Source: a virus
Taxonomy: Duplodnaviria > Caudoviricetes
Strand: one strand, 5' to 3'
Virus record (IMG/VR): IMGVR_UViG_3300025382_000004
Location: 1 to 64,000 of that record
Length of the DNA: 64,000 nucleotides
The position numbers and the translations under genes are program-made. Shown here in pieces: positions 1 through 9,952 of this stretch. Below the pieces are notes generated by a model. The model saw nothing but the letters and a program-made list of their open reading frames with translations. It was not told the origin of the DNA and made no database searches. Numbering within the stretch: position 1 is the stretch's first letter; the number at the start of each line of letters is the position of its first letter.

Positions 1-354
1 GACGGCCAACGATATTATGTTGAAGAAATAAGAGAAAAGATAATTAGAAATAACACAGGAGAAAACAATCCTTTCTATAATAGAACACACACAAAAGAAG
101 TTAGGAAAATATTATCAGATAAGGCAAAAGAAAGACTTGCTACACCCGAAAATAATCCAAGATATGGATATAGATATACAGAAGAGGATAAAATTAAGTC
201 TAGAAAATCTAAAGAAAAATATGGAAGACCTTTTTATGCTGAAGGAACTTTATATAAAACATTATATGAAGCTTCCATAAAATACGACTTGACAAAACAA
301 GCGATAAAGTATAGAATAGAATCATCTAATTATAAGGACTGGTATTATAAATGA
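1..354 (+). CDS. 3' part of homing-endonuclease-like protein (NUMOD3-type DNA-binding region), truncated by window start
   Basis: Open frame 1 from base 1 to TGA 352-354; contains GENNPFYNRTHTKEVR (NUMOD3-like); basic, low GC. Confidence 0.6.
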   Translation, partial: DGQRYYVEEIREKIIRNNTGENNPFYNRTHTKEVRKILSDKAKERLATPENNPRYGYRYTEEDKIKSRKSKEKYGRPFYAEGTLYKTLYEASIKYDLTKQAIKYRIESSNYKDWYYK

Positions 355-536
355 CCAAGAAACAAGACAAACACCACAAACATTCCCCTGCCCGTTTGTA
401 TGAGTTCACACCTGATACTACAATAGATACCAATAACATTATAGAGTTGGCCAACATTGTAAGAGTTGGTATTGGCGGTCATCTATTAGAGAAGTTATCA
501 CCAGAGTTACAGAAATACTTCAAGGAAGTGGCATGA
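351..536 (+). CDS. hypothetical protein
   Basis: 61 aa ORF overlapping neighbours by ATGA. Confidence 0.55.
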   Translation: MTKKQDKHHKHSPARLYEFTPDTTIDTNNIIELANIVRVGIGGHLLEKLSPELQKYFKEVA

Positions 537-1315
537 TACCTAATATAATACATTCTACAGGACCTACAGATAAATCTAAATGGCATCCTGTATGGAATCA
601 TTGTATGAAGTCTTGGAAAAATAAATTTACAGAAGATAAATTTACTCATATATTATGGAATGATGAACAGTTGGATCAACAAGTGAGACAATATTATTCA
701 AAATATTGGGAATTTTATCAATCATTACCATTTCATATTATGCGCATAGACTTTGCCGAATATTGTTTAATGCACAAGTATGGTGGTATATATCACGACC
801 TTGATATGTATTGTTATAAAAACTTTTATAATGATATAAAGAATCAAGATTTTGTTGTATTAGAATCTTGTATGCCTGATGAGTTTATACAAAACTGTAT
901 GATGGCATCGTCACCTGGTGATCTTTATTGGATCGATCTGATGGATGAAATTGTAAGAACTTTTTATAATTATCCAGATGTACCTGATGTAGAAAAAGGA
1001 AAAACCTTAGACCAAAGTTTCTATGTCAAAGACACAACTTCATGCTATATGATGTCTAGATTTACATTAAGGTATCATAGACCGGTTGCCATTTTGTCAA
1101 AAGATCAGTATAATCCATCTTGTAATACATATTGTGATACACATAAAACAAAACATATGCTTACTAATATTTGGGGTAAAGATTATATTGAAGGTAACAT
1201 AAAGAATATGGGAACTTGGGAATCAGGTAGATTCAAAGATTTGCAAGATTGGTATATTCACTTTTACAAACAACGTAATAACTTAGATAAAGATGCATTA
1301 GGCGAGAATGCCTAA
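533..1315 (+). CDS. glycosyltransferase, GT32/OCH1-like (DXD)
   Basis: IPNIIH start, RIDFAEYCLMHKYGGIYHDLDM motif, NCMMAS. Confidence 0.8.
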   Translation: MIPNIIHSTGPTDKSKWHPVWNHCMKSWKNKFTEDKFTHILWNDEQLDQQVRQYYSKYWEFYQSLPFHIMRIDFAEYCLMHKYGGIYHDLDMYCYKNFYNDIKNQDFVVLESCMPDEFIQNCMMASSPGDLYWIDLMDEIVRTFYNYPDVPDVEKGKTLDQSFYVKDTTSCYMMSRFTLRYHRPVAILSKDQYNPSCNTYCDTHKTKHMLTNIWGKDYIEGNIKNMGTWESGRFKDLQDWYIHFYKQRNNLDKDALGENA

Positions 1316-1335
1316 TCTATTATAAGGAGAAACTT

Positions 1336-2388
1336 ATGTCTGATATTTTTCAAAAGTTGTTGGAAGAAACCAACAACGAATATGCCTCTATTGCCGAAAA
1401 CGGTATTGAGGCAGGAGATGTTTCAGGATTTATAGGCACTGGTTCATATGCAATGAATGCCTTATTATCAGGTTCTATCTTCGGTGGGCTTCCACAAAAC
1501 AAAGTAACAGCATTTGCCGGTGAACCATCTGTTGGTAAAACTTTTTATGCACTCAACGTATGTTACCAGTTCTTAGAAGATCATTCAAATGGATTTGTAT
1601 TCTACTTTGAATCCGAATCCGCAGTCTCTAAAGATTTTCTTGCAGGCCGCGGAATTGACACTAAGCGTATGGCAATTGTACCAGTTGCTACGGTCCAGGA
1701 GTTCAGGACGCAAGCGGTCAAAATTCTAGATCGGTATCTAGAACAAAAAGGTGAGCGACCACCAATGTTATTCGTCCTTGATAGCCTTGGTAATCTTTCT
1801 ACAGATAAAGAAATGACTGACATTGCTGATGGTAAGGACACCCGTGATATGACCCGTGCCCAACTGGTGCGTGGTGCTTTCCGTGTCCTTACTCTCAAGT
1901 TAGGTAAGGCCAAGGTGCCTTTGATTGTTACTAACCACGTTTATGATGTGGTCGGTTCCTATGTACCTGTGAAGAAGATGGGTGGTGGTTCTGGCCTTGA
2001 ATATGCGGCATCAACTATCATCTTTCTATCTAAGAAGAAGGATAAAGCATTGGACGACGATGGTGGTCGTACCGGTGCTGTTATCACCGCACACCTCAAG
2101 AAGTCTCGTATGACCGTGGAAGACAAGAGAGTAGAAACCTGGTTGAACTATTCCTCAGGTTTAGATCCTTACTATGGTCTCCTTGACCTTGCCGATAAGT
2201 TTGGCCTTGTTAAAAAGGTATCAAACAAGTATGAGTTCCCAGACGGAACAAAGGCATTTGAAAGTCAGGTAAAGAAGAACCCAGAAAAGTATTTTACCAC
2301 AGACCTTCTACAAAAGATTGATGAGGCCTGTCAAGGTGAGTTTATGTATGGTAAAACAAATGCTACTGATGAGGTCAGAGATGACTGA
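1336..2388 (+). CDS. uvsX: RecA-like recombinase UvsX
   Basis: Walker A AGEPSVGKT, VLDSLG, GGGSGLEY; T4-like context next to gene 41. Confidence 0.95.
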   Translation: MSDIFQKLLEETNNEYASIAENGIEAGDVSGFIGTGSYAMNALLSGSIFGGLPQNKVTAFAGEPSVGKTFYALNVCYQFLEDHSNGFVFYFESESAVSKDFLAGRGIDTKRMAIVPVATVQEFRTQAVKILDRYLEQKGERPPMLFVLDSLGNLSTDKEMTDIADGKDTRDMTRAQLVRGAFRVLTLKLGKAKVPLIVTNHVYDVVGSYVPVKKMGGGSGLEYAASTIIFLSKKKDKALDDDGGRTGAVITAHLKKSRMTVEDKRVETWLNYSSGLDPYYGLLDLADKFGLVKKVSNKYEFPDGTKAFESQVKKNPEKYFTTDLLQKIDEACQGEFMYGKTNATDEVRDD

Positions 2389-3049
2389 ATATAGAAAAAT
2401 ATTTGAAGAATATGGATGTTTATATCTCGGCCAATTGTTAAGTGAAAATGAATGTAAAGAAGCATTACTAAAACTTTTTATCGCAAAAGAAAATGGTGAA
2501 AGTATTCATGATGGTATGAATTTTAGTTGTTCTTTTCCGGATAGGCAACTTGATTATCTATTATCAAAAGTGCAACCTGTTATTGAAAAATTAATAGATG
2601 TTAAACTTTTCCCAACATATACATATAGCAGAATTTATCATAGAAGTGATATAATGCAACTACATGTTGATAGAAATGCGTGTGAAATTTCAGTGACTAT
2701 GACATTAGGATATGGAGGAGATTCAATATGGCCACTCATTATTTTACCCAAAAAAGAAACTAAAAAATTAACAAATTATACTAATGATGGGTCATTATAT
2801 GAAGGTGAAAAAATAGAAATCACATCTTATGTAAGAGAAAGATTGGAAAAAATTACTATAGGAATTGGAGATGGTATTTTATATAAAGGTATGGAATTAG
2901 GACACGGTAGAGATAAATTTGTTGAAGGCGATTGGCAAGCACAAGTTTTTTTACATTTTGTAGATGCTAATGGTTTATACAAAGAACACAAATATGATCA
3001 AATTAAAAGAGGAACAATAAATGGAAGCGGGTATGGAAGCGGGTATTGA
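2381..3049 (+). CDS. 2OG-Fe(II) oxygenase (phage type)
   Basis: LHVDR (HxD), CEISVTM, distal HGR, QVFLHFVD; start moved to ATG 2381. Confidence 0.75.
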   Translation: MTEYRKIFEEYGCLYLGQLLSENECKEALLKLFIAKENGESIHDGMNFSCSFPDRQLDYLLSKVQPVIEKLIDVKLFPTYTYSRIYHRSDIMQLHVDRNACEISVTMTLGYGGDSIWPLIILPKKETKKLTNYTNDGSLYEGEKIEITSYVRERLEKITIGIGDGILYKGMELGHGRDKFVEGDWQAQVFLHFVDANGLYKEHKYDQIKRGTINGSGYGSGY

Positions 3050-3353
3050 TTATAAATTTAGAGATGATTTGTTCAACCCAAAAGAAGATGGTTCAACAGT
3101 TCCTATTGAATTAATGGTTGACCCGTTCGCGGGAGTGTGCTATCGTTATACCTATGTCAAGTTTAGAATGGACGAGGATAATGTTCCTCGGATTGGTTAT
3201 GACTATGAAATCCTCAAGACCAATGACTTGTCTATGATGACACTAAGAAAGAATGAAAAGTTTAACACGGCATTAGGGCTTATTTTAAACTCCTTATTGC
3301 TAGATGCGTCAGAAGTGGAAGGTGCTAGTGAGATGAAAGAAGAGGAATCCTAA
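3021..3353 (+). CDS. conserved T4-like hypothetical protein between uvsX and gene 41
   Basis: 110 aa ORF; position typical of T4-like replication block. Confidence 0.6.
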   Translation: MEAGMEAGIDYKFRDDLFNPKEDGSTVPIELMVDPFAGVCYRYTYVKFRMDEDNVPRIGYDYEILKTNDLSMMTLRKNEKFNTALGLILNSLLLDASEVEGASEMKEEES

Positions 3354-3416
3354 ATAGATTGTAGGCCACGGTGCTACCAACACCTGCCTACTCTAATACT
3401 GTTTGGGAGTATCAGC
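3351..3416 (+). promoter_or_regulatory. late promoter TAAATA plus conserved two-hairpin endonuclease leader (copy 1)
   Basis: TAAATA 3351-3356; GTAGGC 3361-66 pairs GCCTAC 3386-91; TCTAA; ATACT/AGTAT hairpin over GGAG SD; CAGC-ATG. Confidence 0.85.
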
Positions 3417-3971
3417 ATGTCTATTTATCCTACCGGTTATTATGTTTATGCGTATCTAAGAAAATCCGATAATACACCATATTATATTGGTAAAGGAAAA
3501 CTACACCGTGCTTGGCGTAGAACATATCATAATGTTTCGGTTCCAAAAGATAGAACTAAAATAGTGATTATGGAATCAAATCTCACAGAGATTGGTGCCT
3601 TAGCATTAGAGAGGTTCTATATTCGTTGGTATGGAAGACAAGATTTAGGAACTGGTATTCTAAAAAATCTAACAGACGGTGGTGAAGGAACCTCAGGATA
3701 TAAACCATCTGAAGAAACATTAAAGAAAAGAGGCGAAGCAATATCCAAGGGTAAAAAAGGTAAACCTGCGTGGAATAAAGGTATGATTATGTCTTATAAG
3801 GGTAAAAAGACCGGCCCAAACCCTAAACTAAGTTTATTGAAAAAAGGTGTTGCCTTAGGCCCTCAAAAGGTTGTAAAATGTCCTCATTGTGGCCTTAGTG
3901 GAGGAATCGCTAATATGAAAAGATTCCATTTTGATAACTGTAAATCTAAGGTGAAAGATGAAAAGTATTGA
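3417..3971 (+). mobile_element. GIY-YIG homing-endonuclease-like gene (free-standing), C-terminal CPHC...HFDNC motif
   Basis: YYVYAYL...PYYIGKG...RAW...[11 protein letters not shown]...NLTDGGEG. Confidence 0.85.
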
Positions 3972-5337
3972 AAAGATTATTATAAAAAACCTGATTACCG
4001 ATTCTAACTTCCTTAGAAAAGTTTTACCTTTCATAAAGTCTGAATACTTCAAGTCAAATGAAGACAGATTACTTTTTGATGAGGTTAAAAACTTTGTGGA
4101 TAAGTATAATCATTCACCAACATATGAATCCCTATCTATTGAGATTGATAATGTTAGAGGTTCAACTGATGATACTATTAAACATATTCAGAATACAATA
4201 AACGAGTTTAAGGAAGACAAATCAGAAACTAACTTTCAGTGGCTGGTGGATTCCACAGAAGACTTCTGCCAAACGGCCGCTATATACAATGCCATAACAT
4301 CATCACTAGAAATAATGAACGGCAAACATAAACTAGAGAAGGGTGCTATACCCGGTCTTTTATCCGATGCTCTATCCATTTCTTTTGACCCGAATGTTGG
4401 CCACGATTATTTGGAACAGTTTGAGGATCGCTATGAGTATTATCACCGTGTTCAAGAAAAGTTGGCATTTGACCTCGACTTCTTTAACAAGATCACTAAA
4501 AACGGGGTACCTAGAAAAACTCTTAATGTGGTTATGGCCGGTGTGGGCGTTGGCAAGTCTTTGTTCCTTTGCCATCTTACTAGCAGCTACCTTAATCAAG
4601 GAAAAAATGTTCTCTATATTACCTTGGAGTTAGCAGAAGAGGAAGTATCAAAGAGAATAGATGCCAATCTTCTGAACATCACCTTTGATGACCTGATGGT
4701 TCTACCAAGAGATATCTACAAATCACGACTTGATAAACTGAAAGCAAAGACAAACGGCAAGCTTATTGTAAAAGAGTATCCAACTTCCTCGGCATCTGCC
4801 ACACATTTCAGGTCTTTGCTAAATGAACTACACCTGAAAAAGAACTTTGTTCCAGATGCCATTATGATTGACTATCTTAACATCTGTTCAAGTTCCCGTA
4901 TCAAACCAGGTGTGGCAAATAGTTATACATATATCAAGGCCATTGCCGAAGAACTAAGAGGTCTGGCAGTTGAGTTTAATGTTCCTGTTTGGTCTGCTAC
5001 ACAGCTTACCAGAGGTGGTTATAACAGTTCTGATCCAGATATGACCGATACTTCCGAGTCCTTTGGTTTGCCTGCTACTGCCGATTTGTTCTTGGCACTC
5101 ATTACAAACGAAACTATGGAACAGTTGAAACAGGTTCAGGTAAAACAGTTGAAGAACCGTTATAATGATCCATCACAGAATAAAAGATTTGTGATTGGTA
5201 TTGACAAAAGCAAGATGAAGTTGTATGATGTAGAACAATCGGCCCAAGACATTGTGGACTCAGGACAGGAAGAAGTGAAACCTATTCCTAGACAGTTTGA
5301 TGGTGGTAAGAACAAGTTCAAAGGATTGAAAGTATGA
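3958..5337 (+). CDS. 41: DnaB-like replicative helicase gp41
   Basis: Walker [39 protein letters not shown]. Confidence 0.95.
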   Translation: MKSIEKIIIKNLITDSNFLRKVLPFIKSEYFKSNEDRLLFDEVKNFVDKYNHSPTYESLSIEIDNVRGSTDDTIKHIQNTINEFKEDKSETNFQWLVDSTEDFCQTAAIYNAITSSLEIMNGKHKLEKGAIPGLLSDALSISFDPNVGHDYLEQFEDRYEYYHRVQEKLAFDLDFFNKITKNGVPRKTLNVVMAGVGVGKSLFLCHLTSSYLNQGKNVLYITLELAEEEVSKRIDANLLNITFDDLMVLPRDIYKSRLDKLKAKTNGKLIVKEYPTSSASATHFRSLLNELHLKKNFVPDAIMIDYLNICSSSRIKPGVANSYTYIKAIAEELRGLAVEFNVPVWSATQLTRGGYNSSDPDMTDTSESFGLPATADLFLALITNETMEQLKQVQVKQLKNRYNDPSQNKRFVIGIDKSKMKLYDVEQSAQDIVDSGQEEVKPIPRQFDGGKNKFKGLKV

Positions 5338-5567
5338 AGCAACTATACAAATACTATCCAGATTTTGATGAAGATGATAACCTATTGTGGTATGTCCATG
5401 AGATATCAACTGATCAAATTGTTGCCGAGTTTTTCTTTGAGGATGATGCCGAGGCCTTGTGTATATTCTTGGAACGTGGAGGCGCCTTTGCTGGACATAC
5501 TCCATCTTTTATGATGGTCAAAGTTCCCACCAATATCAATGATGCTTTTGCAGCGGAGTTTTCATAA
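5334..5567 (+). CDS. hypothetical protein
   Basis: 77 aa ORF coupled to gene 41. Confidence 0.6.
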   Translation: MKQLYKYYPDFDEDDNLLWYVHEISTDQIVAEFFFEDDAEALCIFLERGGAFAGHTPSFMMVKVPTNINDAFAAEFS

Positions 5568-5773
5568 TGAATGATTCTGCCACACTAAAATATGCAATAG
5601 AAACTTTTAATTCTTTTAGAAATTGCGGTCAGTTTAATAATGATGAATTACTAATCATCGAATGGTTCCTTCAAGAACTTTTTGATACTGATGTTGAAAA
5701 TGGTGAAAGTATGTCAGATTATTTAAATACATCAAACTATGTTAGTAAAGAACAAAAGAAAAGAGCAAATTAA
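5567..5773 (+). CDS. hypothetical protein
   Basis: 68 aa, TAATG coupling. Confidence 0.5.
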   Translation: MNDSATLKYAIETFNSFRNCGQFNNDELLIIEWFLQELFDTDVENGESMSDYLNTSNYVSKEQKKRAN

Positions 5774-5896
5774 TGGATAAAAACCAACTAAAACGACAAG
5801 CATATTTCCGAATGGCGATATTCTTTGCAATTACTATTGTCATTGGATTTATCGCTAGCGATATCAATATGTTATCAAGCCAATAGGAGAAAAAAT

Positions 5897-6055
5897 ATGT
5901 TTGAGATTTCTGATGAAACAAAAGCAAATGCTATTGCTGCAATTAAAGAAGTTCTAAGAGCGGATGGTGTCCATGATATTCATCTGACTGATGATGTTCT
6001 TGGAAGAGCATTTGATGCCGCCGTGGCCGCAGTCAAAGCACAATTTGGTATGTAA
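5897..6055 (+). CDS. hypothetical protein
   Basis: AGGAG SD then ATG 5897 (MFEISDETK...). Confidence 0.55.
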   Translation: MFEISDETKANAIAAIKEVLRADGVHDIHLTDDVLGRAFDAAVAAVKAQFGM

Positions 6056-6070
6056 TAAAAGGAAAATAAT

Positions 6071-6538
6071 ATGAGAAAATATCTAATGATCGCCGCATTT
6101 CTATTCACCACTCCTGCTATGGCAGATCCAGTAGGAGATTTTTTTGGTGGTATCTTCGGCGAACAACCACAATCACAAGTGAAGAGAGGTAAACGTGCGA
6201 GAGCAGTTCAAAGCAACGATGATTTTAATATCAGTAATGCTTCTTATGGTGACCATCATTCTGGTAGCAAAATGGTTGCTTCTTACTACGGGCATGGTGA
6301 AAGACTTTCCAGACATACGGCCTCGGGAGCAGTTTTCAATCCTCACGGACACACCGCTGCCCACAAAACACTTCCATTTGGCACGGTTCTCCGTGTCTGC
6401 CATAGAGGTTGCGTAAATGTTACCGTCAATGACAGAGGTCCATTCGTTCGAGGTCGTCATCTTGATTTGTCTTACGGTGCTGCTAGGGCTATCCATATGG
6501 GATCGACATCGACGGTAACGGTAGAGAGATTGAACTAA
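6071..6538 (+). CDS. rlpA: RlpA-like double-psi beta-barrel lytic transglycosylase, secreted
   Basis: Signal peptide (PAMA|D); ASYYG, TAAHKTLPFGT, VNDRGPF, LDLSYGAA. Confidence 0.9.
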   Translation: MRKYLMIAAFLFTTPAMADPVGDFFGGIFGEQPQSQVKRGKRARAVQSNDDFNISNASYGDHHSGSKMVASYYGHGERLSRHTASGAVFNPHGHTAAHKTLPFGTVLRVCHRGCVNVTVNDRGPFVRGRHLDLSYGAARAIHMGSTSTVTVERLN

Positions 6539-7344
6539 TGGCATTTGATAATTCATACCTACAAAGAAATAATGGATACCTTGCTAGAAAAGAGATTAAT
6601 AATATAAAAGAGCAACTTTTAAATGTAGATCACAAACGATTGGAGATTTATGGTTGGAAAGTTTATAGTCAAGGAGATGAGGATGGTATTATTGATACCA
6701 TCTTTCATCGTTTAGGTATTGAAAAAGGAACTTTTGTAGAAATAGGTGTGGAAAATGGTTTAGAATGTAATACTCTTTTACTATTACACCAAGGTTGGAA
6801 AGGTTTCTGGTTTGAGGCCAATGAAGATTATGCAAAACAAATACAATCAAAATTTTCATCTATAAAAGAATTAGGCCTTGGTATAGGTAAGATTACAAAA
6901 GAAAATATCAATGAGATTTTTAAAAATGCTGGAATTAAAGATTTAGATTTTTTATCCATTGATATTGATGGTATGGATATTTATCTTTTAGAATCCTTAG
7001 AAATTAAACCAAAAGTTATTTGTATTGAATATAATGCCAAATGGCCAGCACATATTTCAAGAAAACCTGTTTATGATCCTAATTATATATGGTCTGGAAC
7101 CGATTATATGGGATCAAGTCTCAAGGCAATTACAGAAGTTGCTGATCAAAAAGGATATGAGTTAGTTGGTACTAGCATAACTGGTGCTAACGCATTTTAT
7201 GTGATAAAAAATTTAATTAATGATAAGTTCTCAAAAAATAAAGAAATTACTGATCTATATAATCCACCAAGATATTGGTTGATATACGATCATTTTTGGC
7301 ATATAGGACATCCTGCTGATTTTGGACCATATACAGATGCTTGA
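6538..7344 (+). CDS. FkbM-like SAM-dependent methyltransferase
   Basis: YSQGDEDGI, FVEIGV, WFEAN, SIDIDG.D, IEYN. Confidence 0.75.
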   Translation: MAFDNSYLQRNNGYLARKEINNIKEQLLNVDHKRLEIYGWKVYSQGDEDGIIDTIFHRLGIEKGTFVEIGVENGLECNTLLLLHQGWKGFWFEANEDYAKQIQSKFSSIKELGLGIGKITKENINEIFKNAGIKDLDFLSIDIDGMDIYLLESLEIKPKVICIEYNAKWPAHISRKPVYDPNYIWSGTDYMGSSLKAITEVADQKGYELVGTSITGANAFYVIKNLINDKFSKNKEITDLYNPPRYWLIYDHFWHIGHPADFGPYTDA

Positions 7345-7999
7345 ACTACTAAAAGACAGAATAGCAAAATTAGAACCTTTTTATGAGAGAAATGCTATTA
7401 AAGGTATTTTCTCATGGAAAGATTTAGAAAATTCATTCAATTTCAGACCTTCAAATACACAGAGTAGATTTAAGGTATTTTTTGAAGAAGGTGATGGATA
7501 TGAATGGCCTAGCCAAGCATGGATATCGGATATTAATGCTTTTCCACCATCCATCATACAAAGAATAACCAAAAAATACCTTTGTCATATTATGGACTCT
7601 TCAAGGGTAAATGAAACAATTAATACTATATGTGGTGAATTGGAATCAATAACAAATTTACCTACAGATGCTCATATATACTTTGATTTGACCGACCAAC
7701 AAAATGTAGGATTCGGAATACATTTTGATTTGGCGCACAATTTAATAGTTCAGGTTGAAGGTAAATCGAATGTAAGAATGTGGGATGTGAAATGTTATGA
7801 TGATGAAAAGAAAAATGTAAAAGACTTAGAAGAAGAACCACTATTTGAAATAGTAATGAAACCAGGTGATATTTGCTATGCTCCTGCTCATTATTACCAT
7901 GAAGTCAAGTCCTTAACTAAAAGATTATCGGTTAGTTTTCCTAGTCATACATTGATGACAGAACCTTTCCAAGAAAGAGAGTGGATAAAAATTACTTGA
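7337..7999 (+). CDS. JmjC/cupin-like Fe(II) oxygenase
   Basis: HFD, QVEGK, MKPGDICYAPAHYYHEV cupin motif. Confidence 0.75.
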   Translation: MLELLKDRIAKLEPFYERNAIKGIFSWKDLENSFNFRPSNTQSRFKVFFEEGDGYEWPSQAWISDINAFPPSIIQRITKKYLCHIMDSSRVNETINTICGELESITNLPTDAHIYFDLTDQQNVGFGIHFDLAHNLIVQVEGKSNVRMWDVKCYDDEKKNVKDLEEEPLFEIVMKPGDICYAPAHYYHEVKSLTKRLSVSFPSHTLMTEPFQEREWIKIT

Positions 8000-8024
8000 C
8001 AAACCTTCCTGGTGCCTATATACT
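7996..8024 (+). promoter_or_regulatory. sigma70-type promoter
   Basis: TTGACA-17-TATACT. Confidence 0.8.
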
Positions 8025-8084
8025 AGTGTATGTTGCATTGCAGCATTGTTTCGCTAACTTTAGGAAACTAGGAAAGGAAAAGAA

Positions 8085-8327
8085 ATGAATAAGGTTATTT
8101 CTCTTATCGCACTATTCTATTTCGCCAACCAGGCCGTCGCTGCCGATGCTGGCGAATATAACAAAGACACATACCAAAACTACGGATATGCCGCTGGTGC
8201 TTCCGTATTCGGTGGTTCAGAACTAAAGGGTGGTCTTCGCGGTGCACATGTAGCATCAAACCATCACACCTCAAACTTCTATTATCCTGGATACGCGGTA
8301 GTGCCTAATAAAGAGGATACTAAATAA
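8085..8327 (+). CDS. small secreted protein
   Basis: MNK + hydrophobic core + AVA|A signal peptide; strong SD. Confidence 0.7.
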   Translation: MNKVISLIALFYFANQAVAADAGEYNKDTYQNYGYAAGASVFGGSELKGGLRGAHVASNHHTSNFYYPGYAVVPNKEDTK

Positions 8328-8354
8328 GATATAATCTAAATCTCTAGGGTTAAA

Positions 8355-9257
8355 ATGTGTATCATCGCCGCAAAATATTTTAAAGATACAGGTTGGGTTT
8401 TAGCCAAGAATAGAGATCAAGATTATGTCTCCCACGTATCATTCAAAGACGAGCAAAAAACTAAGGTCGGAGAAATTCTAGTTATGTTTGATCATGACAT
8501 CTCATACCAAGAAGGTATGAACCACGATGGTTTGGTTATAATGACAACTAGTTTAACTCCGGTCCTTACTCAAGAGACAAATAAAAAAGACGGTGATGAT
8601 ATCTACAAAGCACTCCATATGGAACAAATGGATGCCGTCAAATACCTAATTGACCAGAAAATGACTGGTTTCATCTTTGTAGCAACTCCAAAAAAATTAG
8701 TATTGATTGAGGCTACCAGAGAAGATGATGGCACCGGTGAATACAAGTCCGTTGTTCGTGTAATCCCCACCACAGAAATCGTTGTTAGAACCAATCATGG
8801 TGTCCGATTACCATGGGCAGGATTTCAGTATGGTATTGATGAGAAGCAGGACGTATGGAGAAAGTCCAGCGAGATTAGGAAGAGACTAACAGAAAAGGTT
8901 ATGGTAAAAGCCAATTCACCGGAAGAAATGTTAGATGCTCTTGCCGAGTGGCAGATAGATGACTTGCAAATGAACCCGTTCCGTGTTGAAAACAAACCAA
9001 GGCAAATGAGAACCATTTTCCAGTGGGCATTAGTTCCATCTGAAGACATAGCAATCATACGCCCTATACAAACTAAAATGCATCTAAAGGTTTCCCATCA
9101 AAAACTCCATATAAAGATGCTAGATAATGAACCAATTGAAAAAATATATAATGGAAGGATTAAACATTTTTCCTGTATCAAAGTAGTTGATAACGGAAAA
9201 GAATGTAAAACGATAATCCGAGAAGATAGAAAATCATTCAAGGATTTCATAAACTAG
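8355..9257 (+). CDS. N-terminal nucleophile hydrolase-like protein (TANGO2/NRDE or C45-like)
   Basis: Starts MCII..., LAKNRD, EGMN, RTNH; late promoter CTAAATA upstream. Confidence 0.65.
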   Translation: MCIIAAKYFKDTGWVLAKNRDQDYVSHVSFKDEQKTKVGEILVMFDHDISYQEGMNHDGLVIMTTSLTPVLTQETNKKDGDDIYKALHMEQMDAVKYLIDQKMTGFIFVATPKKLVLIEATREDDGTGEYKSVVRVIPTTEIVVRTNHGVRLPWAGFQYGIDEKQDVWRKSSEIRKRLTEKVMVKANSPEEMLDALAEWQIDDLQMNPFRVENKPRQMRTIFQWALVPSEDIAIIRPIQTKMHLKVSHQKLHIKMLDNEPIEKIYNGRIKHFSCIKVVDNGKECKTIIREDRKSFKDFIN

Positions 9258-9308
9258 TTGACAAGATTTGTTCCTTAGTGTAGGATATAGTATAACTCAT
9301 GAAAGGTT

Positions 9309-9653
9309 ATGGAAATGAAAAAGCAAATTATCGCAATTGTTGCTGCTATCGGAATTAGTTTTGCTGCTGCTTCTCCCGCTAAGGCCTGGGGTTATGGTTA
9401 CGGCGGTTGGGGTGGATGGGGATATGGCGGATGGGGTTACGGCGGCGGTTATGGTGCTGCTATGCTCGGCGCTGGCCTTGTAGGTGGTATCATTGGTGGT
9501 GCCCTTGCTGCTCCTTATGGTTATGGATACGGTTATGCTGTTCCTGTTGCTCCTGCATATGGTTATGCTCCACAGCGTCCAGTCCGTAAGAATGTAATTA
9601 TTAAGAATAGTCCTGGTGCTACGGTTATTGAGGAAGATGATTTCGGTTGGTAA
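9309..9653 (+). CDS. secreted Gly/Tyr/Trp-rich protein
   Basis: Signal peptide AKA|W; repeated GWGYGG; sigma70-like TTGACA upstream. Confidence 0.7.
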   Translation: MEMKKQIIAIVAAIGISFAAASPAKAWGYGYGGWGGWGYGGWGYGGGYGAAMLGAGLVGGIIGGALAAPYGYGYGYAVPVAPAYGYAPQRPVRKNVIIKNSPGATVIEEDDFGW

Positions 9654-9663
9654 GAGGTAAACA

Positions 9664-9948
9664 ATGTGCTATTATACAATCACCACTAATGTAGAAAATA
9701 AAGAAGGTCATCTACAGGCAATTATGATTATTGATGCCACAGATGAAGAGATGGCCAAACGAGAGTATATCAAGACGTTCAAGTTATATGAATATAACCT
9801 TATAGAAGGTATTCGTATACCAGATGGATTTGCTGGGTTGGTAACTGAACCTATCAAAAAGGTACTATATAAACATGCAACTGGCCGGTCCAATTTACCA
9901 TTGGTAAGTTATAGTAATTGTGTTCACATGAAATATGATGAGGAATGA
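9664..9948 (+). CDS. hypothetical protein
   Basis: 94 aa ORF with GAGGT SD. Confidence 0.55.
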   Translation: MCYYTITTNVENKEGHLQAIMIIDATDEEMAKREYIKTFKLYEYNLIEGIRIPDGFAGLVTEPIKKVLYKHATGRSNLPLVSYSNCVHMKYDEE

Positions 9949-9952
9949 AAAA

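Noticed and set aside
3327-3971. Possible target duplication around the first endonuclease (GTGAGATGAAAG versus GTGAAAGATGAAAAG)
   Set aside because: Too short and A-rich to distinguish from chance without an empty allele
9380-9540. GGTTATGG/GGATGGGG-type short repeats as a CRISPR or DNA repeat array
   Set aside because: They encode Gly/Tyr/Trp repeats of a secreted protein; no constant repeat-spacer period
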